DNA of 64,000 nucleotides from Candidatus Levybacteria bacterium RIFCSPHIGHO2_02_FULL_40_18 (lineage in GTDB: Bacteria; Patescibacteriota; Microgenomatia; Levybacterales; GWA1-39-11), in NCBI GenBank assembly GCA_001782235.1, contig MFOC01000007.1, positions 13,094-77,093 of the forward strand, in the 5' to 3' direction. A program made the position numbers and the translations under genes. How positions within the stretch are numbered: position 1 is the stretch's first letter; each line of letters opens with the position of its first letter. The notes below the pieces were generated by a model. The model did no database searches and had not been told where the DNA came from. It worked only from the letters and a program-made list of their open reading frames with translations. Of this stretch, positions 60,422 to 64,000 are shown piece after piece.

Positions 60422-60596
60422 TACCTTTTTATACTATTTTTCAGGCAAAGAAAAAAGCCCGGACCGAAAAGTAGTAAGTTGATGAAATGCGTGTGAACGC
60501 ATAAACAGCATGCTAGACGCTGTTGATTCATCAACCGTTCCTAATCGGTCGGGGCTTCTCCTGCACTCTTTGAGTGTCATTCAATTGTTCGCGTAC

Positions 60597-60719
60597 TTAG
60601 CACGACGGGGGTGGGGATGGCCATCTCTTCTCAAGGAAGTGGGCGAGAATTCCGCAAGGAATGCTTGTCACTCCTAGAGCAAAGTAGCCAACCATCACTG
60701 CGTAGAGAATCGAGTCCAT
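60597..60719 (-). CDS. 40-aa single-TM protein
   Basis: GAAAGGAG 6 nt before ATG; MDSILYAVMVGYFALGVTSIPCGILAHFLEKRWPSPPPSC. Confidence 0.55.
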   Translation of the reverse strand: MDSILYAVMVGYFALGVTSIPCGILAHFLEKRWPSPPPSC

Positions 60720-60769
60720 TTCGTGCTCCTTTCATGAACGGCGAATCCCGATTTTTCGGAAACCCCAGG

Positions 60770-61192
60770 CTAGGACGAGCTGAGTACTCTCAGCACATCG
60801 TCGAATCGCTCATTCAAGACGAGATCAGCGGGCGTTCTCCCTTCGAGTTGGTGGTTCCTGGTTCGAAGCCATTCACACGCCTTGTCCATGTCTGGAAAGG
60901 CTTGTCGTAGCCTCCTCATAAGGGTTGTACCTGAGGCGAGGTGGCTCGCTTCGATTTTCGAGTAAATCAAGGCGCAGGGGATTTTCTCCCATTCGACCTC
61001 AACCTCATATTCAGGACCTCGTTGCTCTCGGCGATGAATCGCGAGGGCTGCACGTACCCATTCCGAGAACGGAATGCCGCGTTGTCGCGCTTTATCCGCC
61101 TCTTCACGGGCCTTTGCTCGATCCCAACCAAGCTCAACAACCATGTCGTAGACTTCATCTTCTGCCCGAGTGGGTTCATGCATTTGTTCCAC
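60770..61192 (-). CDS. protein with C-terminal Xre/MbcA/ParS antitoxin-like domain
   Basis: KACEWLRTRNHQLEGRTPADLV; SD AAGGAG. Confidence 0.7.
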   Translation of the reverse strand: MEQMHEPTRAEDEVYDMVVELGWDRAKAREEADKARQRGIPFSEWVRAALAIHRREQRGPEYEVEVEWEKIPCALIYSKIEASHLASGTTLMRRLRQAFPDMDKACEWLRTRNHQLEGRTPADLVLNERFDDVLRVLSSS

Positions 61193-61259
61193 GTCTTTTC
61201 TCCTTGTCTCGCCAAAGGCGGACTGAACGGCGATCCTTCGATGAACTCAGGACCCCGGG

Positions 61260-61451
61260 CTAGATGATGAGGCTTGCTGCGCCAATCAGGATAAGCAATA
61301 CCCCTATTGCCCCTGCAAAACCTAGGAAAACTATCTTGATCGAAACCTCGGTCGCAACGTCGGCCCTTCTTCTAGGCACACCCCAGACATTGAGCCAAGC
61401 AAAGATGATCGCTGCGGCTATGAGGAAGCCTCCGATCTTAATCAGTTCCAT
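61260..61451 (-). CDS. small two-TM protein
   Basis: AGGAGG SD; two hydrophobic helices. Confidence 0.7.
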   Translation of the reverse strand: MELIKIGGFLIAAAIIFAWLNVWGVPRRRADVATEVSIKIVFLGFAGAIGVLLILIGAASLII

Positions 61452-61636
61452 TTCTCCTCCTTGAGAGAATTAATTTCTTACCATCAATATGTGGCATTCC
61501 GAATACCAACTACTTGCTATCCAGAGCGCCACATATTATGGTTTTCCACAAACCCCGAATAATCTTAACCGTTCGCCTTTTCAGTTCTGTTCGAACACGG
61601 CTCACGGAGCGATTTTACGGGGCAGGCAGCTGAATA

Positions 61637-61800
61637 TGTCAAAGTGCTGCGCCTCTTCGGCGCACCCGCCGGCGAGGCGGGAAGAAAATGATTCGAGGCA
61701 AAATTCAAGCCGCTTCAACAACAGCAAAGCTTGCTGGATTAGCTCGGAATTTGCCCCAAAATACGCCTCCGATTATATACTAGAGAAAACAGTTAATCAA
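61637..61800 (-). promoter_or_regulatory. sigma70 promoter, boxB-like hairpin and boxA-like motif
   Basis: TTGATT(61800-61795)-17-TATAAT(61777-61772); TGCGCC-GAAGA-GGCGCA then GCACTTTGACA. Confidence 0.65.
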
Positions 61801-61843
61801 ATCTTATAGGATCTCCTATCTACTGGTATCTAGTTGCTATTCG

Positions 61844-64000
61844 CTAATTTGTTTGTGGAGTAGGAGTAACCGAAGGTATTGAAGCGCGGCAATTTACTGA
61901 ATTTTCGGTTCCTTTTATAAAATACCTATCCTGTCCAAGACAAAATTTCTTTACAACATTTCCGGGAATTATTGTTGCTTGCGGCGTACCGACTTTCTCA
62001 ATCATCATTGTCATTATTTTATTCCACATGGGGGCCGCACCGGTGATCCCTGATGCGAGAGCAGGATTTAGCGGGCTGTTATCATTATTTCCAACCCATG
62101 TAGCAACAAGTACATTTGGGGTAAACCCTACTGTCCAGTTATCACGCTTATTGTCAGTAGTCCCGGTTTTGACGGAAACGCGAGCTCCGGGGATAGCAAG
62201 CGGCGTGTCGATACCAAACTCAATTCTTCTTGCATTGCTGTCCGAAAGTATATCGGAAATTATAAAAGCAACTCCATCATCAAGAACAGAAGTTGCAACA
62301 GGCTCTTTCTCATAAATTGTCTTACCGAACGAATCTTTCACCGAAAGTATTGGATTTAAATTAACTCTATTGCCGCCATTCGCAATTACTCCATAAGCAG
62401 TTGCCATATCCGTCATTCTTACCTCAAGCCCGCCAAGCGTGATAGAAACACCGTAATTTTTGGCCCCTTGCCAAGATGCGATTCCCATTTTTTCTCCAAA
62501 TTCTTTGATTGCCGAGGGGCCCACTTTTTGAGCAACGCGAACCGCCGGGACATTGAAAGAATTGGCAAAAGCAGTGCGAAGGGGTACTTTTCCGTGAAAC
62601 GCTCCGTCATAATTAACAGGTGTATAAGACGGGCCTCCCGGTGTATGAATTGTCAATGGGGTGTCATCAAGAATTGTTGCCTCTGTGTAGCCATTTGATA
62701 AAGCCAATGAATAAGTAACAACTTTTATTGCTGAGCCGGGCTGACGAAGCGCGGTTGTAAGATTAACGTTCCCATTCTGCTCATCAAAATAGTTTTTACT
62801 TCCAACCATAGCAAGAATGTCTCCGTTTAACGGAGCCGTGATTAAAGCCGCGCCGTTTCCAATGTTAAGATAGGCGTTTGCCTCAACTTCTGAAGCAACA
62901 ATCTTTTCTACTTCCTCTTGAAGTGGAAGGTCAATACTTGTAATTACGCTCAAGCCCCCGCGTTCAACTTCACTTAATCCATATTTTTCAACCAGAAGTT
63001 TTCTAACATACATCACGAAATGAGGAGCTTTTATGGGGCTTTGAGGCTTTTTAATAATCAACTCCTCCCGATATGCTTTTTCGGCATCGGCGCGAGTTAT
63101 AAATCTTTCGCGCACCATGGCGTCAAGAACTTCTTTTTGGCGTTTTCTCCAAAGTTCACCATTCCCAAAAATAGGAGAGTAGATAGATGGCGCCCGCGGA
63201 AGCCCTGCAAGGAAAGCAGATTCCCCAAGAGTCAAGTCGGAAACATTTTTCCCAAAATAAATCTCAGCAGCCGATTGTATTCCCCAAGCAGTACCCCCAT
63301 AGGGTACATAGTTTAAATAAAGCTCGAGAATTTCATGTTTGCTGTAAATTCTCTCGGCCCAAAAAGCAAGCGCAACTTCGCGGACTTTTCTTATTATTGT
63401 TGGTTCAGGTGTCAGAAAAGCGGACTTTATAAGCTGCTGGGTGATGGTTGAGCCTCCCTGAAGCTCTGCGCCCTGAAGGTTTGAGACAGCGGCGCGGACA
63501 ATGCCTCGTAAATCAAAACCGGGATGATTGTAGAAATCTCTGTCTTCTATCGCAACTGTTGCATCACGAAGTGCCTTTGGAATATCTTCTAAAGAAACCA
63601 CAGTTCTATTTTGATTCGCAAATATTTCATATAGAAGATTGCCATTCCTATCATAAATTTTAGTAGTTTTAGGAATGTGATTTAAAGAGAGATTGGCAGG
63701 ATTTGGCAGGTCCTGTACAAAGATCAAAGAGACAAGAGGCGCAAAAAGGAAAACAAAGGAAAAAACAAAGCCTATGAAAACATATTTCAACTTATAAAGA
63801 AAAGACGGCCTGTGAATACCATTTCTTAATCTTGCCAGTTTTCTTTGCGAAGTTGTTCTTCTTCCTCTTTTAACAGTAGCCCGTGTTAAATACCATTTCC
63901 AAAAGCTCCCGAAAAAACCTCCCAATCCAAAAATTATTTTTTTTATGGGTATATTAAATGCTATTCTTTTTCTTGGGTTTTTTTTAGCTGGTAACTTAAA
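61844..64000 (-). CDS. class A penicillin-binding protein, 5' end beyond window
   Basis: EDRDFYNH, GGSTITQQ, SAIK, SFN, KTGT; frame open to the window edge. Confidence 0.93.
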   Translation of the reverse strand, partial: FKLPAKKNPRKRIAFNIPIKKIIFGLGGFFGSFWKWYLTRATVKRGRRTTSQRKLARLRNGIHRPSFLYKLKYVFIGFVFSFVFLFAPLVSLIFVQDLPNPANLSLNHIPKTTKIYDRNGNLLYEIFANQNRTVVSLEDIPKALRDATVAIEDRDFYNHPGFDLRGIVRAAVSNLQGAELQGGSTITQQLIKSAFLTPEPTIIRKVREVALAFWAERIYSKHEILELYLNYVPYGGTAWGIQSAAEIYFGKNVSDLTLGESAFLAGLPRAPSIYSPIFGNGELWRKRQKEVLDAMVRERFITRADAEKAYREELIIKKPQSPIKAPHFVMYVRKLLVEKYGLSEVERGGLSVITSIDLPLQEEVEKIVASEVEANAYLNIGNGAALITAPLNGDILAMVGSKNYFDEQNGNVNLTTALRQPGSAIKVVTYSLALSNGYTEATILDDTPLTIHTPGGPSYTPVNYDGAFHGKVPLRTAFANSFNVPAVRVAQKVGPSAIKEFGEKMGIASWQGAKNYGVSITLGGLEVRMTDMATAYGVIANGGNRVNLNPILSVKDSFGKTIYEKEPVATSVLDDGVAFIISDILSDSNARRIEFGIDTPLAIPGARVSVKTGTTDNKRDNWTVGFTPNVLVATWVGNNDNSPLNPALASGITGAAPMWNKIMTMMIEKVGTPQATIIPGNVVKKFCLGQDRYFIKGTENSVNCRASIPSVTPTPQTN

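Larger units (their letters stand above)
60450..61765 (-). ncRNA. putative long structured transcript, island 2, containing three ORFs
   Basis: Promoter, GAAGA hairpin, boxA-like motif, leader hairpins, Y-shaped 3' structure followed by a U-tract. Confidence 0.45.

Overview
This 64-kb window looks like chromosome from a Patescibacteria/CPR bacterium, probably Microgenomates. That call is an inference from gene content, CPR-typical hypothetical proteins and the lack of Shine-Dalgarno sites. The backbone is housekeeping: recF, nnrD, pyrH, mutM, ftsH, trpS, murD/murL, rplY, valS, rnhA, two class A PBPs, jag-yidC-rnpA-rpmH, gap, cmk, pgk and six tRNAs. Six unusual layers sit on top of it. (1) Two unlinked GC-rich minus-strand islands (about 11.05-12.9 kb and 60.45-61.8 kb) share an rRNA-operon-like layout: sigma70 promoter, 5' hairpin, boxA-like motif followed by AUUCAG, a long-range stem closing the transcript, SD-led cargo ORFs, a small hairpin and a Y-shaped 3' structure. 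Neither contains rRNA. This is the best candidate for an undescribed system. (2) Many GC-rich palindromic elements are inserted in frame inside conserved genes. (3) Tandem-repeat tracts of 7-9 nt occur at gene junctions and inside essential genes, and one is nearly identical to the 5' end of a four-helix-bundle gene. (4) A 6.6-kb serine-recombinase element is integrated at an atypical initiator-like tRNA-Met, and integration swaps the recombinase C-terminus. (5) A Trp-codon leader-peptide attenuator lies upstream of a frameshifted racemase and trpS. (6) Many host genes appear to be leaderless. All calls were made by eye; no database search or folding program was run.
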